A DNA stretch of 60,850 nt, taken from contig JANBVM010000001.1 of the NCBI GenBank assembly GCA_024239015.1, positions 1 to 60,850 of the forward strand, in the 5' to 3' direction. This DNA is from Patescibacteria group bacterium (lineage in GTDB: Bacteria > Patescibacteriota > Minisyncoccia > Minisyncoccales > JANBVM01). Below are positions 8,646-19,945 of this stretch, piece after piece. How positions within the stretch are numbered: the stretch's first letter is position 1; every line of letters begins with the position of its first letter. The notes beneath the pieces are model-generated. The model made no database searches. It was given only the letters and a program-made list of their open reading frames with translations, and was not told the origin of the DNA. A program made the position numbers and the translations under genes.

Positions 8646-9836
8646 TTGGAAAAATTTGTATTGGACCCTGATTTAGCTACTTTAGTAGCTAATCTCAATG
8701 TATTTAATGTAATGAATGTGTTAAAAGTTGAGACTTCTGAAACCGTCTTCTCATCATTTTTGGCTTGGTTACTTAACCCGAGGGAAAATCATGGTCTCGG
8801 ATCTTATTTTCTAAAATATTTCTTGATGAGATGCGCGAAAATTTCAAATATTTTTACCGTCATTGACATTGATAAGTTAAATCTAAGTAATAGTATTGTT
8901 AGAACAGAAGAAAATTTTCATGGTACAAGAGCGGATATAACAATAAGAATTGACGATATAAATCTAATGAAATTTGGATGCTTAATTGAAAATAAAGTAA
9001 AATCCACAGAAGGCGAAGAGCAAACTAAGAATTATGTGAAATATTCAAAGATAAAATATCCAAAATATGATTTTATGTATGTTTATCTTACTCCTTTTGG
9101 TGAAGATGCCGATTCCAAAGAGTTTATATCAGTAAGTTATGAATCTGTTAAAGAATTATTAGTTCAAACAATTAACGCAAATAAAGATAATTTAAATGAA
9201 GAAATTTTGAATTTAATACAGCATTTTTTATATAATTTAGAGGAAAATATATTGAATAAAGGAAAAATTGTAGATTTATGTAAAATAATTTATGAAAAAC
9301 ATAGAGAAGCAATTGAGGCTATTATTGCGAATAAGCCACAGCATATTAAAATAATTGAAGAGGAAATCAAGGAATTACTTATTGATTTACCAGGTGAGTG
9401 GATGACGCACCCAACAAAGACCGATTGCTACGTATTTAAGAAACAATGGTTAGAAGATTTTCGTGAATTTAATATAGGAAATCTAGTTCCATTTTTCTTT
9501 TATAACGTACACTCTTGGAATAGCGAATCATTGTATATCGCGGTACAGTTATACATAGACAGAACAAAAGAATGGAAATTAGATGTTAGAGAATTATTTA
9601 CAGAAATTATTGAAAATAAAATAGACAAATCTGGTGTAAAGCCATTTCTCTATAATAAACAAAATATAGCAAAAAAAATCAAAGATATCGTAATAAAAGA
9701 GGGTTATGAAAATGACCAGGACTTGAAAGATGTAGCTTTGAAAATGAAGGATTTAATTGATGCAACAATCGGAGTTATTGATAACACCGTTGAAGAATTA
9801 AAAAATAAGCTCTCTAATTTGAAAAATGAAAAATAA
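8646..9836 (+). CDS. PD-(D/E)XK nuclease family protein (PDDEXK_4-like)
   Basis: SSFLAWLLNP.ENHGLG, RADI, LIENKV and QT..Y motifs. Confidence 0.85.
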   Translation: MEKFVLDPDLATLVANLNVFNVMNVLKVETSETVFSSFLAWLLNPRENHGLGSYFLKYFLMRCAKISNIFTVIDIDKLNLSNSIVRTEENFHGTRADITIRIDDINLMKFGCLIENKVKSTEGEEQTKNYVKYSKIKYPKYDFMYVYLTPFGEDADSKEFISVSYESVKELLVQTINANKDNLNEEILNLIQHFLYNLEENILNKGKIVDLCKIIYEKHREAIEAIIANKPQHIKIIEEEIKELLIDLPGEWMTHPTKTDCYVFKKQWLEDFREFNIGNLVPFFFYNVHSWNSESLYIAVQLYIDRTKEWKLDVRELFTEIIENKIDKSGVKPFLYNKQNIAKKIKDIVIKEGYENDQDLKDVALKMKDLIDATIGVIDNTVEELKNKLSNLKNEK

Positions 9837-10152
9837 GGATCTTTTTCCCAATATTTAGTGGCCTTATCCTACTCTTGGAGAGACATCCTTCCTCCAATAC
9901 ATAAAATTTCTGTTATGACTTATCATTTCAGATTTCTAATAAAATTATTGAGCTCGTACATTATAAGCCTTAACAAAATCTGAAGATTGGCAAGATCAAC
10001 ATTGCGTTGTTAAAAATTTAGAGCTTTTAGAATTCATTAATTCGCTCAAATTCAAGAGATTGAGATAAAATTCTTCAAAAAATGTCCATTACAAATTATT
10101 AACCCATGAGCGTATGTTAAGTTATATATCTTAAAAGAAAATAAAGATAAGC

Positions 10153-10838
10153 ATGTTAAACTTAATAATATTCTGAAATATAAGAAAGTTCTTTTTCTAA
10201 CTGTTATAATTGTGCTAGAAATTATTTTATTAGTTTTATTTACAATCCTGTTTATTACAACTAACATAGAATTTTATAAACTTATAGTTGAATTATTAAG
10301 AAATTTTATAATATTAACCAGTGTAGTAACCGCTTTAACAATCCCATTTGTTATGAAAGATATTGAAGAAAAGAAAAGAGAAGTGGAGTTAAGAGATCGA
10401 ATAGAAACAGTTATCAATGAACTTAAAAATTATTTTGAAATTATTATCTCTTCTAAATTTGAAGAACTCCCAAAAAAAAATCTTTACATTCATCCTCAAT
10501 TTCAATTTTTTAAATCCATTGGTAGGAAAGAACCTGAATTCTTAAAGAAACTCGGTATCGATATTTCAAGTTATACTAGTACTTCAAGAAGTGGAACTCA
10601 ATCTGAAGGAGGTAGTTTAATTATCCTAAACATTTATAGATTACGTGGTGGTTATCAACCAACTCTTATTTTTATAAGCACAGAAAATGAATTTTCGGAC
10701 TTACCGGATTCGTATGAAATTCTTTTAAAAAAAATCATTGAAAACGCAGAAAAATTTTTTTCCGTAACATTAGATAAAAATTTATGCTCCTTATCAGATG
10801 ATCTCAAATCAGGTTATTTAGAAGTAACAAAACGTTGA
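10153..10838 (+). pseudogene. Membrane protein paralogue of 25629..26315 with an N-terminal -1 frameshift (or restart at GTG 10212)
   Basis: ATG at 10153 is 59 nt before the GTG at 10212; the paralogue has 60 nt over the same aligned stretch. The ATG frame stops after 7 codons. Confidence 0.6.
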
Positions 10839-11383
10839 ATTATACATAAAAAATTTAGCTACAATATACCTAGCGAGATTTTTCATAATTCCCGATGCTG
10901 AAACTGTCTTGGTGACTCCTTTTGAATCAATTCAAGATATATCTAACTATGTCAATTTGACACCATCAAATTCAACTTATGAAATCCATATAGATCCTGT
11001 TAATTATACTGTGGATGAAACTCCGCGGAACTTAAATCAATTTTTAAATAATTATGAACAAGTTAGAGTGTAAATCTTAAAAATTCGTTAAACGGCTGGT
11101 ACTTAACTCATTTATCACGAGTAATTGTAAAGCTACTACTAATATCAAAGAACAAATTTGGGTGTCAGAAGTGTCAATTTCGTTCAAGGATGGGAAATTT
11201 TTCGCAATCAGATTAAAAAAAAAGTAAATTAATCCAATAGTACTTAATCACTAATCATTCTCAAGAGATTCAATATTATTCAAGCAAACATCAATTCTAT
11301 TATATATTTGTTTTTTCAAAGTTCCACTAAAACTAGGAGCAATTGTTAGAAGATCGAATAACTCCTCTTCTAATTTAATTATT

Positions 11384-11899
11384 TCATATTCTTTTCTTCG
11401 AGATTTCATTAGCTATTAACTCACATATTTTTTCTGAACTAATATTTGGACTTAATGTAATTCCAATTCCCTTTAAAATCATAAATTCAATCTTTCGGTC
11501 GTTTATCCATTTATAAGGATTTTTATCAAGTATCTGATCATAATAATTTATGAAGTTGTCCATCGAAATAATCCAACAAAATTCTTGCTTAAGAGCAAAA
11601 TTCAATATAAACTCGTCAGCTACCTTACTAGATTCTATAATTATTCCTTCTTCTAGCAATCCCCTAAATTCATTTTGTTTATCTATTTCATTGAGAAGAT
11701 TTGGGTCGCAAATGGGAAATGTCCTATGTTCAGAGAAACCCAATCCATTCAAATGATTTAACAATAATTTTATATCCCCAAATCTTGGATTTTTTGTTCG
11801 ATTATAACGATGTCGAGCCACATTATTTAAATCAATGCAAAGGGGAAATTGAATTAAAAATGGCAATTTTCGAAAAATACTTTCTAACATAAAGATCAA
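11384..11899 (-). CDS. NYN/PIN ribonuclease, Zc3h12a(Regnase)-like
   Basis: IDLNNVA...ADEFILNFA...IISMDNF matches the DGxNV / DD.F.L / SNDxF pattern with some substitutions. Confidence 0.7.
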   Translation of the reverse strand: MIFMLESIFRKLPFLIQFPLCIDLNNVARHRYNRTKNPRFGDIKLLLNHLNGLGFSEHRTFPICDPNLLNEIDKQNEFRGLLEEGIIIESSKVADEFILNFALKQEFCWIISMDNFINYYDQILDKNPYKWINDRKIEFMILKGIGITLSPNISSEKICELIANEISKKRI

Positions 11900-12026
11900 T
11901 AGTTAAGATTATATTTAAAACAATGTTTATTACATAACTATTTGACGTTCTCATGGATCAATTATAAAAAAATATACACATCCATTTTACATAAGCTTTT
12001 TAAATTGTATTCATCTATTTTTACTA

Positions 12027-15000
12027 ATGTCAATCGAAAAAGTTATTGGGAATATTATTGAAATTTTAAAAGAATTTTATGATTTAGATTTAATTCAAAT
12101 AGAAGCATTGAAAAATTCTGATGATAAATTAGTAATCTCTAAAGAAATTCTTAAAATCCTATTTAAGAATAATATATCTTCTGTAAGGAACGAAAAAAAG
12201 GATAAAAAGGAAGAAAAGAAAAAAATAAAGCGGTATACATCTCATTGTACTTTAAGACATAGATTTCCTAAATTTTTAGCGAAAGCAAAACAAGAGGAAT
12301 TCATAGAATTAGTTATAGAATTACTAGCAGATTGTCAACTGCATATAACTATAATAATTGGTGGTGGGAATACTAATTACTTCTATATTTCGGGTTTAGA
12401 ATCAATAATTAATCTTCTATTGAATATAGATTTAGATGGTATTTTTGAAAAAAAAAAAATTAAAGAGATGTTTGATAAGCCTTGTTTAATCTACTTTAAA
12501 GAAGGTTTTATGGAAAAAATCTTTGGTCCTGACGGATTACTAAAAAAAAAAGGATTTTCCATTCCAAAATTTATTGAAACTGTAAGTTTACAAAATGAGT
12601 TTTCTAGACAGAATGTATACAATTGGAAAAAAGGAGGTTATTTTCCTGTTAATTTCTTTAAAATTTTTATGATTCGATTTGAACAATTTAACGATTACTA
12701 TAGATATATAGATTATGTAAAGATTGGAAATTCAAATAAAATTTCAAAAGATTTATTAAATAAAATTTTTGAACAAATAAAAAATTTTGAAAAGTATATC
12801 AGTCATTCAGAGCTTAATGAGATTTTTAAACAATTCAATATTGTTCAAAGATTAAATATAATTGAAAAATATGATGATTTAATTAAGAATGTCCAAAATG
12901 AGAGAGAAATTAAATATTTGGATTATGTTGAGTTAATTAGATCTAAATTTGATATTTCAGACGATAGAACGTTAATAAAATCTGTTGAATTAGTAAATTT
13001 TAAGTCTTATAAAAGAGAAAAGATTGATTTTGAATCAGGAATTAATATATTATATGGCAAAAATGGCAGTGGAAAAACGTCATTGATCGAAGCCGTATTA
13101 TTTGCTTTATTACGATTGCATCCCCAACATTCTTTATATTATAATCCTGATCCTTCAGAATCTAGGAGTCCCGCTTATATTTTTTTACTAAACACTTGGC
13201 TTATACGAGCCGGGGAAGAGGTTTGTGAAGTTAAATTGACTTTAAAAATAAGGGAAAAGGAAATAATAATCGTCAGGAGTATTTCTAGAGATTTAACTCA
13301 AGAATTAAAAATATTTGATGGGGATGAAGAAATACCTCTTATATCCTTTAAAAAAGATCCAAATATTCCATCTTTGGTGATCAATTCATCCGAAATAAAA
13401 TTATTACATCTTGACAAAGAAGAGTGTCTTGAAGAGGCTCAAATTTATTCTGAAAATCAAGAACTTTATACTGAGTTTATATTCAGTGAATTTGAAAAAC
13501 GTGGACTATTTTTTGAAAAGAACGAAATTTTTTCCTCATTTTTTAATGAATACCACTTTTTCTGGGATTGGGATGAGATAAATAAAAGAAAGCGTAAAAT
13601 AAAAAATTACTATAGGAATAAATTCCGAATGAATTATTTATACAATTTAATCAAGGATCTAAAAAGAAAACGAATAAAATTACTGTGTAATCAAGCGAAG
13701 TTAATCTCCTCATTGAAAAAAAACTTGGATGATATGGAGCTCTATACTGATATTAATGAAAATAAATACTATAAAATTACTTCTGGAGAATGTATTAAAT
13801 GCAATGATATATGTGAAAGTGAAGATGGTGACAGATATCATTTTAACGAGTTACTGGAACAAGGTTATATTAGTAAAGATAATTTTTTTAAGACTTACTA
13901 TCCTGTTGAGACTCACCATGGAACAACTTGTCAGAAATGTGGAGCATACTATTGCGATTATCATCATCAATGGATGGATTATGATTGTGAAAAATGTGAT
14001 AATGACTTAGAAGCTAACTTATACAGAAGAAGAGAATTACATGTGTTACCTTCTCAGTTTTTGAAAATTCTTAAGTTTTCTTCCAATATCGATGAAAAGA
14101 TCTATGAAGAAATCTATAGAGACAATTATAACCAATTTAAAAGAATTGTAAAACAAGAGAAATATCATCCTTTATTAGTTGAGAATTTTGATCTAGAACT
14201 AGATAATCACTGTTTTAATGAAATTTCATTAATTTATGAACTTTTAATCCATCATTATACTTATATAATCGAATCATTAAAATTTCTATTATTAGGAGGA
14301 CAGGAACCGAATTTAAATTCACTTATAAAAAACATCGAAACGTTCAATAAGAGAGATAAGATAAATCCAAATATAGATTATATTAATCATATTGTATTGA
14401 TAATTATCTTTTATATCCAGAATTTAATCTCAAACAATTCAACAATTTTAATTAGGCTTGATTTATTGATAAAAGATACTATGAAAAGTTGTTATAACTC
14501 TTCATCTCAAATTCACCATTTATCATCTTCCTCTATCGAAACCTCAATGTATCGTATTCTTTATAATACAATAAATCTCTTGAAAAGTCCTTTATTTAGT
14601 CGCATTGATCACCTAATCGAAGCCCACCAAGGTGATATTGATGATTTTTTGCAAATTTATGAAAAACACTTTCACAATTCTCTCTCAAAAAGATATTATG
14701 GATTTATATATGGTGAAATTAAGATAGTGAAGACACCACAGAAAGATTATCATCCAAATATAATTTATTATGGCGAATATGATATTCAAAAATATCTTGA
14801 GACTGATTTTAATGTATTTGTTACCCAAGTTGAAAATGTAATGAAAATAATAAGTTGGGTAAAGAAAGTTTCAGAGAAATTGAAAAAAAATACTGAAGAA
14901 ATAGAAAATCTTGAAGATAGGATTAATTTTATCAAAGAACATTCTGCTCTAATTTATAAAAATGTGTTTATTAAATTTTTAAATGAGGAATTAAAGAGAT

Positions 15001-15380
15001 TGGCTCCTAAAATATTTAAGGAATCAAATAAATTTTATGGTTTTCTAGATGAAGATAGTTTCCATAAAATACAGTTTCAAAATGGAAAAATCGCACCCCT
15101 CAACATACTTAGCAATGGGGAAAAGAGCAAGTTCTTTTTAGCTCTCATTTGTATTTTAGCCAACCTCTCAAATAACAGCTTATTCTTTTTAATTGACGAA
15201 CCTAATGAATTATTGGATACTGAAAATATTAGTATCATCAAGGACTTTTTCTCACCACTTTTCAGGACTAAACAATTGATTCTTTGTACTTATATCAAGA
15301 AATATCTCGAAACAGAACCAACTCAGAAATTTGAGGTTAGAAAACATTTGGATGGGACATCATATATCGAAGAGAAATAA
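12027..15380 (+). CDS. SMC/Rad50(SbcC)-like ABC ATPase with N-terminal extension and Cys-rich insert
   Basis: VELVNFKSY, Walker A GKNGSGKTS (about aa 344), signature LSNGEK, Walker B FLIDEP. Confidence 0.8.
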   Translation: MSIEKVIGNIIEILKEFYDLDLIQIEALKNSDDKLVISKEILKILFKNNISSVRNEKKDKKEEKKKIKRYTSHCTLRHRFPKFLAKAKQEEFIELVIELLADCQLHITIIIGGGNTNYFYISGLESIINLLLNIDLDGIFEKKKIKEMFDKPCLIYFKEGFMEKIFGPDGLLKKKGFSIPKFIETVSLQNEFSRQNVYNWKKGGYFPVNFFKIFMIRFEQFNDYYRYIDYVKIGNSNKISKDLLNKIFEQIKNFEKYISHSELNEIFKQFNIVQRLNIIEKYDDLIKNVQNEREIKYLDYVELIRSKFDISDDRTLIKSVELVNFKSYKREKIDFESGINILYGKNGSGKTSLIEAVLFALLRLHPQHSLYYNPDPSESRSPAYIFLLNTWLIRAGEEVCEVKLTLKIREKEIIIVRSISRDLTQELKIFDGDEEIPLISFKKDPNIPSLVINSSEIKLLHLDKEECLEEAQIYSENQELYTEFIFSEFEKRGLFFEKNEIFSSFFNEYHFFWDWDEINKRKRKIKNYYRNKFRMNYLYNLIKDLKRKRIKLLCNQAKLISSLKKNLDDMELYTDINENKYYKITSGECIKCNDICESEDGDRYHFNELLEQGYISKDNFFKTYYPVETHHGTTCQKCGAYYCDYHHQWMDYDCEKCDNDLEANLYRRRELHVLPSQFLKILKFSSNIDEKIYEEIYRDNYNQFKRIVKQEKYHPLLVENFDLELDNHCFNEISLIYELLIHHYTYIIESLKFLLLGGQEPNLNSLIKNIETFNKRDKINPNIDYINHIVLIIIFYIQNLISNNSTILIRLDLLIKDTMKSCYNSSSQIHHLSSSSIETSMYRILYNTINLLKSPLFSRIDHLIEAHQGDIDDFLQIYEKHFHNSLSKRYYGFIYGEIKIVKTPQKDYHPNIIYYGEYDIQKYLETDFNVFVTQVENVMKIISWVKKVSEKLKKNTEEIENLEDRINFIKEHSALIYKNVFIKFLNEELKRLAPKIFKESNKFYGFLDEDSFHKIQFQNGKIAPLNILSNGEKSKFFLALICILANLSNNSLFFLIDEPNELLDTENISIIKDFFSPLFRTKQLILCTYIKKYLETEPTQKFEVRKHLDGTSYIEEK

Positions 15381-15488
15381 CACATTAGATAATAGATAAA
15401 ATATTTACACTAAACTCTGCAGCGTCTAAAAAGTTTTTTAATAATTTGATATTTAAAGTATGAGATATTATGAATAGAGTGGAGATAT

Positions 15489-15833
15489 ATGATAAATTTA
15501 GATATTTTAGAAAATTTAAAAGCAATTAAACAAAGAATACTAGCCTTATTAATAACAAATGATTTTATAACTGATTCTTCTTCAATAGAAGATGAACGGT
15601 CAATGAACTGGAATTTTTACCAAGAAAATAAAGAATTCATAGATATAATTGATGGAATACTAGAAAACATGAAAGTATTAATCATACCTTCAGTAGAAAA
15701 TAAATCACAAATTCTCAAAATAATCAATTGGATACAAAATACCAACTATGATAATATTTCATTAGAAGAGATTCAGGATTATTTAGAAGAACGAACTATT
15801 GATAAGTTAGAATTAGAAAATCGTTTTCAGTAG
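15489..15833 (+). CDS. Hypothetical protein
   Basis: 114-aa ORF with GGAG RBS. Confidence 0.6.
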   Translation: MINLDILENLKAIKQRILALLITNDFITDSSSIEDERSMNWNFYQENKEFIDIIDGILENMKVLIIPSVENKSQILKIINWIQNTNYDNISLEEIQDYLEERTIDKLELENRFQ

Positions 15834-16082
15834 TAACAATTATTAAATTGGTAATAGAAATAAACTTCATCTTAGTTTTAAATTCATTAAAAATAAATAC
15901 AGATGAGTTTAACTTATAATACCACACGCACTAATTAAAATCATATAATGGACTTTTTGGTATCGACAAGAAGGTTTCCATACTACGGTTGAGAGTTTTT
16001 CTATAAAAATATTATCAGATGTAAATCGGTCTGAAATTGAAATCGACAGAATTTTCCGTGGAAATAATTTTTAACAATTATT

Positions 16083-16097
16083 CGGTTATTTTGCGAT
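16083..16097 (-). repeat. Half-site (reversed spacer + right arm), degenerate
   Basis: CGGTTA-TTTTGCGAT; 3 mismatches in the arm; intergenic. Confidence 0.55.
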
Positions 16098-16425
16098 CTA
16101 GAATAAAAGCTATTTTAAATCAAAGTAATCATTGACGAGGGTATAAAATCTTTTTAATACTTCTTCCCCTCGGGCTGTCGTGTGATATTACATAATATTA
16201 TCATCGTTTAGTTCCTTAATTAAATTTCGGGAGAGGAGAAACTGAAGAGTTTCTTTTATTGTGGATCTTACCCATAGGAACAAATAAAAATAATTAACCA
16301 TATTAAAGAATTTGGACAAAAAGTAAGATTTTTATTAAAATGTGATATAACCATAATTAGACAACAAATTTCAAAATCAAATTACAAATTATAATTTTAA
16401 AAATATAAAGAGAGGGTGGAAATGC

Positions 16426-17691
16426 ATGAAGGATAAGAAAATTATTAGTTTAATCTCGTTAATCTTTTTTTCAACTGTTTTGATAAATATAACTCCGACA
16501 CGAGCGATAATTAAAGACCAAACAATCTCAACCATAGCTGAAAAAGATACCTACGTTAATACTGATGAAGCTTTATCTAACTTTGGTGGACAAGATTATG
16601 CGTTGGGGGGTTTTTATTTTGGAGGAGACATTGTAGAAGCATATTTCTTCTTTAACTTTAGCGATAAACCAAGTACTTATACCAAAGCCGAAATTTCATT
16701 AGATTTTTGGAGCGTTTCTCAAACTATGAATGTCTCAATCTATCTAATTGAAGAGGAATGGGATGAATATTCGATGACATGGATCAATAAGCCATCAAAG
16801 GGAGCTGAAATTACCTCTATAATAATCACTCAATCTGATATCTATACTATTAATGTTACAAATTTTATTGCTGGTAGAAATAACCTATCTATTTGTGTTT
16901 ATATAAAAGTTGAAAATTACGTGAATGACTATTTTTATATAACAACGAGAGAAGGTTTTTATTCTTGGGCTCCTGAGGATGCACCTCAATTAATATGGAC
17001 TTATCCTGGAAATGTAGAAATTACTGTTACAAATCCTACATCTTCATCCAATTGGCTGGAATTAAATATTTACACGATACAATGGACCTCAACAGGTGAT
17101 ATTGACAATGTAAAAATTGAGTTATATAAAGGTGCTTTATTTGTTGAAGAAATAACATCAGTGCTAGGGTATACTATCAACGATGGCACATATGACTTTT
17201 ATGTATCTATTGCTGAGAATTATGATGGTACAGATTATAGAATAAAAATCTCAGATTTTGATGACCCAAATGTTTATGGCTATAGTGGTTACTTTTCGAT
17301 AAATGTAAGGAGCGGTACTATGACAATTACTAGTCCAACTAGTTCTTCTTCATGGCAAGCTGGAACTATAAAATCTATTACTTGGACATCAACAGGAAAT
17401 TTATTAAATGTAGACATTGAAATATACAAAGGAGCAGTATTGATGTATTACATTTATGACGTATCAAATTTAGGGATTAAATTATGGGATATTGATGCAG
17501 CTATTGAGATAGGGACTGATTGGAGAATTAAGATTTCCAACTCAGATAATTCAGCTCAATATGACTGGAGTGATTATTTTGAAATATATAACGCTAGAGA
17601 TGGTGGAGCAATATCTGGTTATGATTTTTATATAATTTTAATGATATCAATAATTTCCCTTACGATAATAACTCGGAAAATAAAAAAATAA
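16426..17691 (+). CDS. Secreted surface protein: DNRLRE-like domain, two Ser/Thr-rich Ig-like domains, Loki-CTERM-like anchor
   Basis: Signal peptide; AEKDTYVN...NFGG...WDEYSMTWINKP...APQL; repeated ITVTNPTSSSNW/ITSPTSSSSW; C-terminal ISGY-TM-KIKK. Confidence 0.75.
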   Translation: MKDKKIISLISLIFFSTVLINITPTRAIIKDQTISTIAEKDTYVNTDEALSNFGGQDYALGGFYFGGDIVEAYFFFNFSDKPSTYTKAEISLDFWSVSQTMNVSIYLIEEEWDEYSMTWINKPSKGAEITSIIITQSDIYTINVTNFIAGRNNLSICVYIKVENYVNDYFYITTREGFYSWAPEDAPQLIWTYPGNVEITVTNPTSSSNWLELNIYTIQWTSTGDIDNVKIELYKGALFVEEITSVLGYTINDGTYDFYVSIAENYDGTDYRIKISDFDDPNVYGYSGYFSINVRSGTMTITSPTSSSSWQAGTIKSITWTSTGNLLNVDIEIYKGAVLMYYIYDVSNLGIKLWDIDAAIEIGTDWRIKISNSDNSAQYDWSDYFEIYNARDGGAISGYDFYIILMISIISLTIITRKIKK

Positions 17692-17871
17692 TTTTTTTTT
17701 CTATTGACTCAATTATTATAATTTTTCTAAATCTATTTATAATTAAGTACATGTAGATCTTATTCAGAGGGGCGTTTCTAGGGAAAATACTTACGACTTA
17801 TAAATCTTGAAATAGATCTAATCTGATAAATAAATTATTTTAACAGAGAAGACTGTTGAATAATTTTATAC

Positions 17872-19434
17872 TCAGTTAAGATTTATGAAAACGTCAACAG
17901 TAAAATGGTCTGATCCGGTCAGGAAATGGGCAGTATCTCCAGTGGTAGAGTTGATTATATTGGAAGATAAAAATTGATTGACATAAATAAAATCAATGCG
18001 AGAATTATATATCCCTGGATAAGTAACACCCCAATCAGTTGGATTTAAAGTTCGATGAACGTCAGTCCAACTATGAATTGCAGATGAATAAACACTATAA
18101 TCACCACCCGTATCGGGATTACTATAAGGGGAAACCATCATACTTAAAGGTCCATAACCGAGTCCGCTCTGAGGATTAAGACCCCAATCTTCAGGAGAAA
18201 AGGAGTTTAAATCACCCAAATAAACTAAAGATACATTTCCTAAATTATCCATATAGTTGATAATACCTTCTTGTTCCAATTCTCTTCTTTGTTCATTTAC
18301 AGCCTCAGGCATGGCCTTTAAGTGGGATCCAATAATATGTATTGGTGTCCCACTTACGTTTACTTCTACATCATAGAAATCATGAGTAACATCATAACTA
18401 GTAGAATTATCGAGTAGAACATGAGTTATTTGATTATAGTCAATAACAGGATAACGACTCATTATTGCCGCTCCATCAGTAGACCTGGATATTCCTTGAG
18501 TACAATATCCAATATAGGGGTCCTCACCAGCAAAATAGGTGTTAAACTCACTTACATATTGGTTTAACTTTAAATCGCTATTATCATCCCAAGTTCCAGT
18601 TTCTATGAACATTATGATATCTGCATTCTCCTCTTTTACTACGGTTTTCCAATCAGGATAAGCAAGGTCTTCACCACTTTCCTTTATGTTAAATGCCATC
18701 AACTTGAAGATTTCAGATGTTTCAAGAATAATTCCTGAATTGTTTACAGTCACGGATATTGTATCAGAGCCATTATTACCAGAAGGATCGATAGCTTCAC
18801 AGAGAATAGTATGAGAACCATTTATTTCTTGTGTTGTATTCCAAGAATAGACATTTGTACCTGACCTTAATATATCATTAATATAAATTGCGTAAGAACT
18901 GATTCCATTGGCATCAGTAGCACTCATAGTGATTGTTACGATATCCGAAACTGTCGAATTTGCCACAGGAGAAATAATAGTAACAATTGGTGGCGTAGTA
19001 TCTGCTCCTCCGCTATTATTTACAATTATTGATATGGAATTTGAACCAGTTTTACCAAAAGGATCGGTAGCTTCACAGAGAATTGTGTGAATCCCATCAC
19101 TTTCTTGGGTTGTGTCCCATAAGTAAGATTTTGTTCCTGATCTATAAACCCCATCAATATAAATTGCGTAAGAACTGATTCCATTAGCATCAGTAGCATC
19201 CATATTAATTAATATTGTACCCGAAACTGTTGAATCATCGATCGGAGATAAGATTATAACATTTGGGAACGTTGTATCTTGTTCTTGAGGAGTATTAGCT
19301 GGAGTATTTACTATTATAAACAATAAAACAATTGAGGTTGTGCTAAAAATTATAAACAACGTAATAATAGCCAAATATTTCCTATTTTCAATTAATCTCA
19401 TTTTAATTTTAATAATGTTGGTTGACTTCTCCAA
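17872..19434 (-). CDS. Membrane-anchored Ig-repeat endonuclease/exonuclease/phosphatase (EEP)
   Basis: N-terminal TM; two DTTxPxV...ATDANGISSYAIYI...WxTTQE repeats; MAFNI, GDLNS, SRIDFIYV and GSDH motifs. Confidence 0.85.
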   Translation of the reverse strand: MEKSTNIIKIKMRLIENRKYLAIITLFIIFSTTSIVLLFIIVNTPANTPQEQDTTFPNVIILSPIDDSTVSGTILINMDATDANGISSYAIYIDGVYRSGTKSYLWDTTQESDGIHTILCEATDPFGKTGSNSISIIVNNSGGADTTPPIVTIISPVANSTVSDIVTITMSATDANGISSYAIYINDILRSGTNVYSWNTTQEINGSHTILCEAIDPSGNNGSDTISVTVNNSGIILETSEIFKLMAFNIKESGEDLAYPDWKTVVKEENADIIMFIETGTWDDNSDLKLNQYVSEFNTYFAGEDPYIGYCTQGISRSTDGAAIMSRYPVIDYNQITHVLLDNSTSYDVTHDFYDVEVNVSGTPIHIIGSHLKAMPEAVNEQRRELEQEGIINYMDNLGNVSLVYLGDLNSFSPEDWGLNPQSGLGYGPLSMMVSPYSNPDTGGDYSVYSSAIHSWTDVHRTLNPTDWGVTYPGIYNSRIDFIYVNQFLSSNIINSTTGDTAHFLTGSDHFTVDVFINLN

Positions 19435-19617
19435 TTCTTGAAATTTCCAAAGAATCTATTCTCTCAAGATTTTTGTGTATAAATTAGTATTAAAATATTA
19501 TTAGACTGTGGATTAATAGTCATTTAATAAGAAGAAATATAGTAACTTTAAATATTGATAAAAATATATAAAGTTAGTAAAACCTCTCTATAATTATAAT
19601 TAAGGGTGAAATATTAA

Positions 19618-19878
19618 GTGGTAAAATCATTTCAAGGCTCATGGTGTATATTCTTAATTTTATTACTCCTAGGAATAGTTCCAGCTATTATTTATTATGC
19701 TATAATGTATAAAGAAGTAACTCCAATAATAGTACAACAACAACCACCGCAACAAGTAGTAATAGTTCAACAACCTGCAGCGCCACAACCTACTGGACAA
19801 CAAAACAAGTATTGCTCTGAATGTGGCGCAGAAGTAACCGGGAAATATTGTAATAATTGTGGTACTGAAATCAAATAA
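19618..19878 (+). CDS. Small membrane protein with C-terminal zinc ribbon
   Basis: TM segment, Gln/Pro linker, CSECG...CNNCG. Confidence 0.75.
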   Translation: MVKSFQGSWCIFLILLLLGIVPAIIYYAIMYKEVTPIIVQQQPPQQVVIVQQPAAPQPTGQQNKYCSECGAEVTGKYCNNCGTEIK

Positions 19879-19930
19879 TTTTAATTTGTTAATAAAAAAA
19901 GTTGCTATTTTTTTTCCTAATTTTATTTTG

Positions 19931-19945
19931 TAACCGTTTCACGAA
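19931..19945 (+). repeat. Half-site (spacer + right arm), perfect
   Basis: TAACCG-TTTCACGAA; intergenic. Confidence 0.9.

Noticed and set aside
11084..11098. TTCGTTAAA-CGGCTG as a left-arm half-site right of the centre
   Set aside because: Three mismatches, two of them in the spacer; treated as chance. If real it would be an exception to the polarity rule.
16161..16240. Possible hairpin TTCTTCCCCTCGGG...TTCGGGAGAGGAGAA
   Set aside because: Pairing is imperfect, there is a single occurrence, and no family could be assigned.
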